Below, in pieces: positions 1 through 12,900 of a stretch of DNA of 64,000 nucleotides. The stretch's first letter is position 1. Each line of letters opens with the position of its first letter. The translations under genes were made by a program, and so were the position numbers. The stretch lies in the NCBI GenBank assembly GCA_002633005.1, contig NMRA01000447.1, forward strand, positions 91,772 to 155,771. The letters are read 5' to 3'. Source of the stretch: Phoronis australis (taxonomy: Eukaryota; Animalia; Phoronida). The notes beneath the pieces were generated by a model that was not told the origin of the DNA, made no database searches, and was given only the letters and a program-made list of their open reading frames with translations.

Positions 1-714
1 TGCCTCACTTTAAATTTCTTGGGTCGCTTAGATCAGATTTGTTGGAGTTTTACTGTAATTAAAAACTTCATAATGAATCACAGCATGCATTATAGTTCAA
101 ATGTTTCAAACTTAAAACAATGGCAGTAACAAATTACTTGGCCAGCATAGGAAACCCAATCACAGTGGGAATGATACATGTGACTTAAATTACCCGACGA
201 CAGATGGCTACTAAGACGGTCAAGTCATAGCATGGAATTCCGTTTGCACTCAGCCGTTATGACCCAGAATAATGGGCCATTTTGTCTGTTTTCGTTCGGC
301 CTATACTGAAAGTGGTGTCACAAAAACACCAACATGGAAAGAGGAGTAAAATGTTTGCAAAGTCAAGCATGCACTTTAAACATGATGACTCTTCTATTAA
401 ATTCACAAATTGTGTCAAATCCACATTTTTTTAAAGTTCAAAATCATGTGTCCATATTTTCCCATATAGTCCTAAAGCTCACTTCATGTACTTGCAGTTT
501 GTATTATAACCACATAGATCTTGATACAGTCAGACACATGAATATGGAAATAATATGGAAAATTTGAGTTTCCATCTAAGTAAAATGCAACATTGAATGT
601 GTGAGAATACATTTGTTTTTCAAATAGACAGCATCTGCTAAATTGTGTTCAATTCAACCTTGAGACTTTCCTGGCTAATGATTTTAATAACAGTTTATAT
701 TCATACACTACTAT

Positions 715-948
715 TCATACCTCGTCAGTCTGAGTGGCCTCCGGGAACGTGAAACTCTCAATAGAGCGCGCCGACGACACGACACTGCCCCCTTCTTCAT
801 ACTCATCATCAGTAACCTGTGGCACCTCCTGTAGGAAGTTGGATGGTGCCAGCCCTCGTTGACCTTGCAACTCGGCCATGTAGAACCCATCTTCATCCAT
901 GTCACCCAGCACAGTCAGAATATCTCCAGCTTGAAACGACAGCTCCAC
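715..948 (-). CDS. RIMBP2: RIM-BP coding exon 24 (SH3-3, second part)
   Basis: [39 protein letters not shown]. Either stops at TGA 715-717 or splices at GAG|gtatga (721). Confidence 0.93.
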   Translation of the reverse strand: MELSFQAGDILTVLGDMDEDGFYMAELQGQRGLAPSNFLQEVPQVTDDEYEEGGSVVSSARSIESFTFPEATQTDEV

Positions 949-3900
949 CTGTGGGGAAAGTCGCACATAACCACATAAAGTGCATTATCCAGTATCTCTT
1001 AAGATGGTCAGTTTGTTGATGTCTGTTTACCAGGACAAGTATTACTTTACGAGAAGGCCTACTTACAAGGAATCCTACGACTTCAAAACTGTACGCAGAT
1101 CTAATTTCAGCAAGTTTAAGAAAGTTGGTTGAAAAAAGGAGCTTTAAAACTACCAGTCAACTTTATGCAAAGTAAATATGTCAAGTCAAAAACTCCATGA
1201 CTTCATGTCAGAATATAACTCTAATATCTCATTTAACTTAAGTTTACAAAATGTAATCAGCCAGCATTTTTTTTTGGGAATTGTCACAACTTGGCAACGT
1301 TCCTTCCTCATCAAAGTCTTCATGATTAATAGTAAATTGTGACTTACATCAGCATCAACATTCGGTGAAAGTTCACTGGGGTCATAGTCGTAAAGAGCTA
1401 TCATCCGCCGCTTCACACCTGAGACCATACTGGTGTTCACATACTGATCTGGTAAAGTAAAATCAAATGTATAACAAGAAGACAGTCTTTCACACTATTC
1501 TCATATGATCATGGTGATCCCAAGGATAACCACTCTCAGCATGTGCACCAGCTGTGACACAGAAAATTTCAACAAGACCCCATCCTGTGATAAAGGCGCC
1601 GCTTTGCGTGCTCTTCACTTAATTTTCTCACAATCTATTTTGCTTCTTTTAGCTGTGAAACAAAATTTCAAAACGATTCCTCTCGTAATAAAGGCTTCAT
1701 TCTACTGTTTGCCCTATTCTTCTTTGCTGCTTTCCAATTTGTTCAGCAGTTGCAGAATCCATACCAAGACCAGTGATCTCCAGGGTTATGAAAGGTGGTG
1801 GACAACCAGTTGCAACGTTCGAGCACCAATAATTTGAGGTGTTTATTAAGCGGAAATGAACAATTTTTAGCTGGGTCATTTTTCTTCAAATATAATTCAA
1901 TTTACCTTACACTCATTTTAAGCTAATTAATCTTTCCCCAGCCTTTCTTAACTAAGCCAGCAAAATTCACGTAGAGATATAGGTGTCATAACTCAGATTA
2001 AAGCATCCCGATTCAAACACAATGACTAAAAATTGAACACAATTTGTGCTAAATGACATGTTGGTCATTGCATTTGCTCCATGAAATGGAATGTAGAAAC
2101 TCAACAGTTGCATGCATAGTTAATAAGGGTCAGGGTAACAGTGATCAACATTTTAACATATTGGTTAATCTGAATTTATTGAAATGTCACCCAAACACAG
2201 GTTTCCCCCTTTAAAGTCCTTCTCTCACGCGATGTTATAAGGATCCAAGAAGTACCTACCCCATAACTAATACACGATCCGTACTCGAAAACAGTTTAAA
2301 TGAACGCTCCACTCATGATTCGCACCCGAAGAAACACCGCCATTTTGAACTTGCCGCGAACCCGGAAGTACAATTCATTCAGGATCCCAGGCCGAGAAAA
2401 CGCTGTCAGTGCGACTGGAGCAGTGCCTGTACTGTTACCAGCCAGCAAACAGGGATAAAAAAATCGACAGCGCGCCTTAATTTTGATAAAATCAAACTAC
2501 GGACAATTTTATGGAATTTGCTGAAGAAATGTGGCGAATAAATTTTGACAGAAATTATTTTGCCAGACTCGGGACCGCAGCCTATCGGACCCAGTGCGGA
2601 TCGAGACCAGACACTGGCGAACGGTAAATGCATGCGGTTGCAAGCTGTTTTGTCGAAGTAGTGGTCAAATGATAAATGCTGCATATGTTCAAGCCAGGGT
2701 AGTTTCAGACACTTGCATGAAATTACGGGCAGGTTAGTTCTGTGTCACACTGCCGCGGCAGACCTTAGTTAGCCTCAGTCACCAGCTACAAGTGAAGACT
2801 ATAGTCAAAATACAGCTTGTTAGTAGGCCTATGCAGCCTCCCGTTCAGTAACGCTAGGACCTTGCTAAAAAGCAAGACTTCGCGAGATTACATGAGACAT
2901 TGCCGTGCATTTTAAATCAAAGCACGTGACCTTGACTAGGTTTTAGCTAGGTCCTGGCATAGGTCCTGGCGTCTACTGAACGCATGCCAGCTTTGCGCCA
3001 AGACTACCCTTAGGCCTAACTGGTCGCTGGCCACAAACACAAAAAACACGAAAATTGAACAAAGTTTCTTTTTTGAAGCAACGTTTGTCAAAATGTATCA
3101 ACGTCTAAATCTTCACAAATTACAAAGTAGCCGACTGAACATGCCTTTCAGTTCAGCAAAAGTCGACATGTTGTCGGTGCCGCCAGAAATGAGACGAAGT
3201 CCAACGGGAATTGTGAGCGCATTTATCACATAATGAGTAACAACTGCAAGGCTGAAATTTGGTGAACACTGCTAAATCGTGCAGAATAGTAAGTAAAGAT
3301 ATGTCTAACTAAATTTCACCGTAATTTGTTGGCGAAAACAATTTACACAAAATTTTAAACTCGTAACTCATCCCGCTGTCCTCCAATATGGCCGACGCGA
3401 TCCAAACAAAGTGACCCAAATTTCGCCACAAAACTTGCAATAACTTTACAGTGCTTGCCCCGATTTTGATACTTTTTCGATTTTTACTGAGTAGAATGTA
3501 CTACCTTTCCGATGATAGCAAAGTACTTTTTTAAAACGAGGAAAAAAATAAAACCGAAAAAAAATTGGTTCAACCCATATTGGTTCCTAGGTTCGACCGG
3601 CCTACGTAAGGAACTACAACACCAATGCTATTTTAACATACTAAGTACGCGTAACATTCCAAAAAAATCAACGACCACTAACTACAGACTATAAATACAC
3701 TACATATGCAAACGAATCACGATATATTACTAATAAAACAAAATAATGAAGACTTTTCGAGCAAGCCATAGCACATTCAGTTACAAGGAAAAAATGGCGG
3801 CGCTCAGGACAAGTTCCTGAACTGATGAGCTCAGAGAGAAGGGTCAAATACAGTTCAAAAATCGCTTTTGGCAAGAAAGGCGAAAAGAATATACAGAAAG

Positions 3901-6900
3901 GGTGTCGAAAATAAGAATTTATGTAGTAAGTATTTTCGGATACTGGAACCACATGGGCAGTTTGCAAGAAGGACTTTAAGGCAATGAGTACAGTCTGACA
4001 TTGAAACTATTAGTTTAATGTTTTACTTTAATTGGTGCTTATTATACTATGTTTGTGCGTCTGTTTGATAGGGACTCATAAGAACCCAGTGTGCAGGTTT
4101 TATAACTTGTACCACGACTATACAAGTTTATAACTTGCACCACGACTATGCAAGTTTATAACTTGCACCACGACTATACAAGTTTATAACTTGTACCACG
4201 ACTATACAAGTTTATAACTTGTACCACGACTATACAAGTTTATAACTTGTACCACGACTATACAAGTTTATAACTTGTACCACGACTATACAAGTTTATA
4301 ACTTGTACCACGACTATACAAGTTTCCAGATTAAAAACTAAGCCTCCTTACACTCATTTAGTTCAATTCCACTGTAAATTCGTTCACATCTCAAAAATGA
4401 TTACCAACTTACAGAACGTCTGATGACCTACCAGGCGTGGATGTCTTAGGTGTTGACGGTTCTTCAATAGCAGTCATCTTCACAGAAGGGTCAGTTAACC
4501 TATCCCCCGCCCCTACCAGCGCGTCCCCACTCAGAGACGGTGACCCCAGTTCCGTAGATGTATTATTGAGCAGTGTGACTGTACCATTTTCCAACAGTTG
4601 AATAGCCAATTGAGGATCCTCTACGTCGAACTCAGAAACCATATTACACGGCACATAGCCAGTCCTGCCATTGGCTTCGCCGCGGTAGAACCCATCTTCA
4701 TCCTTTTCCCCATACACCTGCAGAAAAACAAAAAAGAAATTTGCTGGAATCCAGTTTCTAAATATCAGTTGCTAGTGTGTGTGGAAAGGTCAGTCAGTGT
4801 AGTTATGAGACTAAAGTAAGCCCGATTCACCACTTATAAAGTGACCATGTCACCTGCCATGAAACAATATGTAACTCATAAAACCGAAGCATTCCCGTCC
4901 TTGATAACCACATACAGCATTACACAAACCTATATTGACTATGAAGGCCAGGCTACAAAACATACGGACTATGAACACATTTCCATGATCAATACAATTC
5001 ATTAGAAAATGTACCGATTCATTATTAATAAAATATACCGCAGAACTGCTTTTACATGTTGCACTTATGCCAATTTTGTGTTCTCATCGTCTTACCTTAA
5101 TCAGCTGTCCTTCTTTAAATGGCAATTCTTCCTCAATGGCATCTGGATTAGGTGACATCACTGTTGGGTCGTAATCAAACAGAGCCACGAACACGCGCAT
5201 GACACTGTCGTCGAGGGTCAACTCAGAGCCACCAGGTAATGTGTCGTCTTCATACTCAGTCATGTCAGACTCCTGCAGCGAGTTCTCCGACCCCTTAGTC
5301 CTGTTGTGTTCAACATCACGTTCATCAGCAGATGGTGCTGGTTTGTGACTGCTAGCATGGTGTTTAGTTTCTGGTTGGTGTACTGATTGGTTGTCGCTGT
5401 TGACTGGTGAAACATCTGGCTTCAGTTGATAACTTTTCACCTCCTCATCTTTTTCAACACTATCACAGTGGTCATTTTCAGACTCTTCCTCTGAAGTACT
5501 GTTAGCTTCAACACTGCTCGTTTTTGTAATTTCTAAAAGAGAATAAAATCTCTTACACATTGTTCAAATTGGAGGCATTTTTGTTACAATGACGCAGTTT
5601 TAATGAGCCTGATGCAAAATTCAGTGCACGCGCGTCATAATTATTGAAGCACGATTTTCCGATGGTAACCATTAGTAACTACAAAAAAATAACAAGTCTT
5701 AACTCGGTACCAAGTTAAAATAACTAACTAGTATGCTAATAAGTTGTTCCTTAGTGAAATGACTATAAAAATAATCACACTGTATTGAAATGATGCAATG
5801 CAATGTCCTGAACACAACAGGCAAATTGACACAGAATGTTCTAACAAAAGACTGATGGTAAACAAATTGCCCCAAATTCATCAAAAACCCATGGCTCACT
5901 GCACCCAATCTGAAAAAACATAAGGTGGTACAGTGATGGATCTAATTTCTTTGAAATAATAATAATATTAATTGTCAACCCCAAAGACTATGTATTTTTG
6001 CACCCAATCTGAAAAACATAAGGTGGTACAGTGATGGATCTAATTTCTTTGAAATAATAATAATATTAATTGTCAACCCCAAAGACTATGTATTTTTAAA
6101 ATCCTTGGAGACACCAGAATCACATCATAAGCATGAGAATAATGTCCTGTTGTATTCTATATTATGACCACGCCAGTTTTCATGGATAACAAATTTTGAT
6201 AAGCATTGTCTTGTTTGAACGAAGCATGGTTGTCAAAAATCAAGACTTTCAAGGAACGTTAATGCCAGTTTAGTTCTTGTGCTTAGATCTTAAAAGAAAG
6301 CACAGGCACACCTGTGTTGTTAACAGCATAAAGAGACAGAACTTATTAATACAAGCTTCATTCAAAAAGTTCAGTGTCTATGGAAGTCATGGTGTACTGC
6401 ATGAAACATTACGTCGCATGACAATCAATGCCAGGTCAGTATTTTAAAACAAAAGACAAGATCAAATAAATGTAACCATCGAGGATTTTTAAAAATAATT
6501 ACGTAGTTTCAAGAGCTTGTAATAACACAAAAAGTTATGCATCAATCTGATCCTTGGTAACAAAGTTGGTCTATTACAAGACAGTAACTGTAACCAAGTT
6601 GACAAGTTACTGCTTAAAAATTAACATGCTACACTTAAAAAAACGACGTTTTCCAAAACTGATGCTTGTGCTCTTCCTTAGTTCTCCAGTAAAGACATGA
6701 TGCTTAAAAATGATGCCGGTGCCGAGCAGACCCAAACAATTGTGATTATCTGCCTTATACACACGAACATTTCCATTATGGCTTAATACCTATTTGTGGT
6801 ATAACCACCCTACTGGAATTTGGTGGTGTAGATGACTGAGTAATAGGGCCATCAACAGAGGCTGGGCGAGCTTTTGGCTCCACTGTTCTGAAGGCTGATG

Positions 6901-9900
6901 ACTGTGTGCAGTGTGCTGGCTCAACTGGTTTAAAAACGGTCTCCAGGGTGCTGTTTGAATGCACGGGCTGTAAGGGACTGTGCCTTGTATCACCAACTTT
7001 GGGCTGGCCTTCTAAGTCTTCGTTTTCTTGAGCAGATCCATTCATTGGCTCATTGTCTGAAGCTTTATGAAGTGATTTCTAAAAAAGATATTTATACCAC
7101 GTCTTGATAAGGCAGTGAAGCAACCATGTATCCAACAATCTTAGTTCAATGTCAGTTTAACTCACACAATTACCAAAGCGAAAGAAACCAAGAATATGCA
7201 ACGAAGGTAAACTGATTAAGAAATAAATGTTTACTACTATGTATACTTAGTGTTTCATCTCAGGAAAGTACTTCATGTTGCACCAAGCTAGACTAATAAC
7301 CCACAATCAAAGTCCCCACCTCAAAAACTGTACAGGTTTTCTTACTACAGGCACTCCTTGGTCATGAATAAAACATGTTTTCACCAAGAACCCCAGGTGT
7401 GCCTAACTGTGGCAGACATTTCAGTAACGTACCATGCATGTGCATCTTATCCAAGAGAGTTTGTAATTCATGCTGAGCAAACAAATCTGTTCATGAGCAA
7501 AGAACTGCACTATCATTAAAACACCTGTGCGGTTCGTGGGGGAAGAATACTATGCAACCTATGCGTACATTTTCAGGCTGCTTTACATTTTGTACACAAT
7601 GTCACCTATAATAAATCGTACTGTGTGTGCTGTTTCAACATAAAAAATTGTATTGCATCTCCTGGTTCAATAACAGGGCAATTAATTTGTACTTGTCACC
7701 GAAAAATATCACAAGGCCTCCCGATAAAAAAATCGCACTGTGTGCGCTGGCTTTTAAATGTTAGTTTACACCAGTCATCCTGGAGTTTTTAAAATAAATA
7801 AGACAGACTTCAACAGAGCTTGGCCAGAATCTTCCAAATTTGCCAGAATTCTATGGCAGTTTAGACGAATTTTGAAACAATAAAATGGTGTTTTTGTTGA
7901 ACATTTGGTGGAGTTTCAATGTGATGTTATTGCGCCTAACCACTTATTGTTTATTTGCGACTGAACTTGCACTGTAAGTTGTCGTGATTTTGACAACCAG
8001 TGTGAAGCAACAACTGTTAAGATTTCGTCAAGATTTAGCCAGAATTGAAACGGGTTCTACTAAAAAATGGATAACTAGTTGATATTTTGTGCGACAAAGC
8101 TTCCAATGTTGACCTCTTTATTTTGAAACTACAGCAGGCCACTACACTAAGAGTAATTACAAGGGACTGAGCTCACAATGACACTACAAACATTCCAACA
8201 GAGAAGTGCCAGTTACGTTGGTTTCAATAGTTTGATTTCTCACCTCATCATTTAACCCAGGAAGACTGAGGTCAAGGTCATCAAAGTCATCCTCCTCTTC
8301 AACCTCAGCGATGTCAGACAGTTCGGATGAACTACTGTCGATAATCTCACGGTAACTCTGAGGTGAAGTCTACAACAAAAATGCCATTACTTAGATCAGG
8401 CAAATGAATGAACAGAGTCAGAAAGACAAACCTTCACGTCACCAACAGGGAAGATTTTATTTTTCAGTTCAAACTAAAACATTAGTTAAAGGCATATTTC
8501 CTCAATTCTCACGCCTAAAAACTGTGAAAACATTTCATTAACTAAAATACAGTGATAACAATTGGTTATAACCATAAGACGGAACTGTGATTGATATAAA
8601 GCAGGACCCAGTTTTGGAAGAATTGGTTCAACCTTACTGTTTTGTGGAGCTCTAGAAAAATGTCCACCTTGATTAACATTGGAACTGTTACGATCATCAT
8701 GTGTCAGAAATGGCTGATCGATTTCATATGAAATGTTGAGATACCGTGTTATGCAATGTTCTCCAACAGGCTGATAGGAATTGTTTTAAAATTGACCCAC
8801 TTTTGCACTGCTCTCAAAAATGAACTATTTCTAAATCGGTCCACGTTTGCATGAGGGGTTATCAAAATAGGACTTCGATGATTTATATGAAAAAAGTTGC
8901 ATAAAACAAAAACAGAATCATATGATAACTTAGAAGACTGTAACAGCCTTTTTGAGATTTCATCTTGAACAATAACATCAACCGAAATTTGACTGCGTTA
9001 TTGATATTAGTTCGCTATGATTGTACCTTTCTTTTTTCATAAATTTTACTAAAAAGACAAGGTCATCTAACCCAATCACCGAATGATTGATGGAAAAAAA
9101 TCAAGTTCCACATGCTTCCTGCTTTCAAAAAGTATACTGTATATACTTTTCTCGAGTTAACTTCAGTATTGTAGCTATTTTGCTGAATGCTCAGACCTTA
9201 GCTCATCCATTACAGTCCCCCTACCATGGGTACTTACGTCAATATAATGTCTCTGAAATATCTCATTAACCAATGTTTTATTAATCACAGAAAATACATT
9301 TGGACAACTAAACCTGAATATTCATAGTACAATGATGCCTGACTAAGGTGTGCACTCTGTGAGACAGTATTCTCTAGGTCAATTCGAAAACCAAGTTTGT
9401 TATCATTGCATGATCGAGTGGTTAATAACTACCACCTCAAGTACTTACATCTCGGTCTGAATTCAGAATCGCCATATTTTTATTGACCATTTCCATCAAG
9501 GAATCTGCATCAGGTGATGAAGAATTAAGAGGTTGTGGCTTGGCTGCTTCAGTGACTTGTTGGTGATCTACCTGGTCATCCGATGCTGCTTTAATTGGAC
9601 CATTTGCAGTGGGAGCTTGACTGTGCTTCTGGAAGCAATTGTATCAAAAACCTAATACCACAATGACCATGGAACAAGCACACATAACAACTGGTCCAGT
9701 TACCATTGTCTTATAACCTCACTATAACTAATGTTAAAACACTTGATATTGGTTGTACCTGGTATGACATTTTTTCGTAACGTGACGTGGTGACAAGGCT
9801 TTTGATTTAATAGAAATCCATCAGACTATATCAAACTATCAACAAATAAACAATTAATGACAAGGCACGGTAACTCCACATTAAGCTCTGGCTAAAATCA

Positions 9901-12900
9901 GAAAAAATGCTTTTTTATTCCATGAAGGAAAGTTCAAATAAAATGTTAAACAATTCTGGCAAGAAGTCTGTTTGACAGAGATTTGTATAATTGTGTATAA
10001 ATTACTTTATTTCGAAAACAATAGCAGCTGAAGTTGCGCAAACACAATATCACATTCAGATCCCAGTGCTTTAACAAGATCGAAGTTCATTAACCAGAAA
10101 AGTGCAGCTAGGTACCAGCACACACCAATTACTTGTAGCACATAACACAAAATAAACACAGCACATGACCTACAACCGAGACTGCATTTGACATCTGTTT
10201 GCTATAGGGATTAATTCACATCCCAATTACCTGATCAATGTTGATCTTTTGTACATTATCTCCCCTGACCTTTGGTGACACACTCGGCCAGAGATTGACT
10301 GGTATTTCTACAGATTCCGACTCAGCAGACATGACATTGGTGGACAGGGTGCGCACCGTTACATGTTTCACCGACTGTTTACCAAGGTGGGACAGTTCAA
10401 TAACGGCATGGTCAACTGAAATTATGAAGTGTACATTGTTCAAACAACAGTTTATAACATTCAGAACACAATGAACTATCCCTTCCCATGAATATTAAAT
10501 GAAAAACACTGAACAGCCACATAACACTTATAAAACCTAGTGTGCACAATGGTGCAATGAAATCTGCATCCAACGCATTAAAACACATGAATTTCAACTA
10601 TGAACTCACAATGCAGATTTAGTTCAAGTTGTAAAAGCCCAATTAAAATGAATTAGAAACACTGATCAATCTATTTTTTAAACTTTTCGCATAAGAAATT
10701 GATCTAAGTTATTTATTTTATTTTAACTTTTCGTGTATTGAACCAAAACCAAAGCGAAAAAAAGATCAGAGCGGAAAACCGATAAATTACCAAGAATACA
10801 ATGAATCCAATATTCTTAACCAATCAGCTGTTTATCTCTTTGGTAAACTTTTAGTCGTGTTTTGCCTCAGATCAAAACAGTTATCGCTAGTGCCCATACC
10901 TGTAGAAGAGTCTAGTTGCTTTACTTTGTGTTTATCCACATAGATCATGTATCCAGTGACTACCGCACCATTAGATGTCCCCGCTGTGTTCAAAGTGACA
11001 GGAAGCCATGTGACCAGCAGGGTGCCAGGTTGAGACCCCGCTTCCACTTGTACTCCGACAGGGGCTTCAGGTAAACCTGTGAAGAAACAGAAACATAACA
11101 GGTCAAGAAAGAAAACCACAAATAAAAGGAGTTCCATATGCGCACCCTGGGGTAATTAAATACCACGGCTATTTTTTGGAAACATGTGTACCTCTATGGA
11201 GTCTTGTTTTGCTTTGTTTGCCATTGCTGTGGCTAGCATGAACAAACGTCATAANAATTTAAGTAGGACCTTATCCAAAAGTCCTTGTATTTAGCCAAAT
11301 ATTTACAAAACTATAGACTGAGTTTACGACAGCAAAAGTATATATTTTCTGAAAGTAGAAATCCTGGAGAATCTTTACCAGACTGTTGCTATTATTTGAG
11401 TCACATGACCAGTTTTTTTCAGTAAAATTTAGCAAAACAGAAAGGGGCATTGCAGTGCTTGAAACAGGTGAGCATATATTAGATTTGCACTCATGAAAAG
11501 TGACAAGCGGTTGTTGGCGACCAAACAAAGAAGAAATAAAAAAAATGAAAAAAATAAAAAAATGAAAACTAAAATCCCGAACGTCCACTGCATGCCTGTT
11601 CAAATACTACGAGCGAAGCCAATTTCCTACTGGTACTTTTTCTACTTGTATTTGCGAGCGTGTACTCGCTTATGTCGAGCACTGCATCGATAGCAAAACA
11701 ACTTTACCAATAAAATTTATTATACTACCCAAATTTCATTTGACATAAATATATTCAAGATGAAATCTCAAAGACACGGTTAGTTTCCTAAATTGTCATT
11801 TCATTTTCATTCATGCAACTTTTCTATAAAAGTCAGAGAAGTCCTATTTTTGATATCCCCTGACCAAAGGTGCCACATTATAAAAACAACTTTGAACAGC
11901 GTTTTGGAGAACAGTGTACAAAGCGTAATATCTGAAAGTTTCATACAAACCTGATCACCCACTCCTGAAATGCGATATTCCGAAATAAGCCGAATGTGGA
12001 CAGTTTGGTAGCTAAGGTCATTAACAGATGTGTGATATCACATGACCGGATACAATCATGGACTACTCTGAATGAACGGAAATACTCCCCACCTGACTGG
12101 TATATGACCAGACATAGTACATTACATTCTTACCTCCTGGTAATGTCTTGAAGGTGATGAGAGTTGAAACGGCCTTTATTGACTTGGCAGGCAGTTTATC
12201 CTCTGGCCAGTTCTTGCAACACACCGTGATACTATACTCACTTGACGGGTTCAGATCTACAATAAATAAGTCGTTTTAAATCTACAGACAACAGTAAATC
12301 CAGCCACCAAGTGCTATTTTTGTAGTTATGAATAAGATATCACGGAAGAAATACTCAGTTAACTTTAACGACACTTGCGAAAGCAAAGAGTGTCTTAAAC
12401 AAAATTAAACACTTTCTATGACTCACAAAACCCAATGAGAATTATTTCGCAAATCACCAAGTAGCAACGCCATCAGAAAACAAAAGAAAACACAATCATA
12501 GCAGATGCAAACACTAGCTTTCAACCAAGAAATGTTTCTTGATTCACAAAAGAGTATGCAGGATTCGAACTAGCTTGACCTGCTACTCAATACCAACACC
12601 CAGTAAATCTATGATCATGGCTAGTCCTAGGGCACAAAACAGGCATAAAATTTAATATTTTGGTTGAGAATCTAGATATTCAGGCCAACTTTATGTATTC
12701 TGCAGCTATCAATACATTTAATATTTAAACGATGTAAATTTTCATAACAACAGCAGGATGACATTATTTAAGCTGCAATTACTGCTAGAAGTTGTATGAA
12801 ATCAGTAATTAATAAAATTACTGAAACACAGAAGACCAACAGATTAGAACTCACTAGTCACGGAGTATTTAAATGCACCAGGGGGCAGCACTCGGTCTAT

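Noticed and set aside
4099-4325. CRISPR array (28-bp partly palindromic repeats; likewise the 32-, 45- and 65-bp arrays)
   Set aside because: Units are directly adjacent with no unique spacers, there are no cas genes, and the context is a eukaryotic intron.
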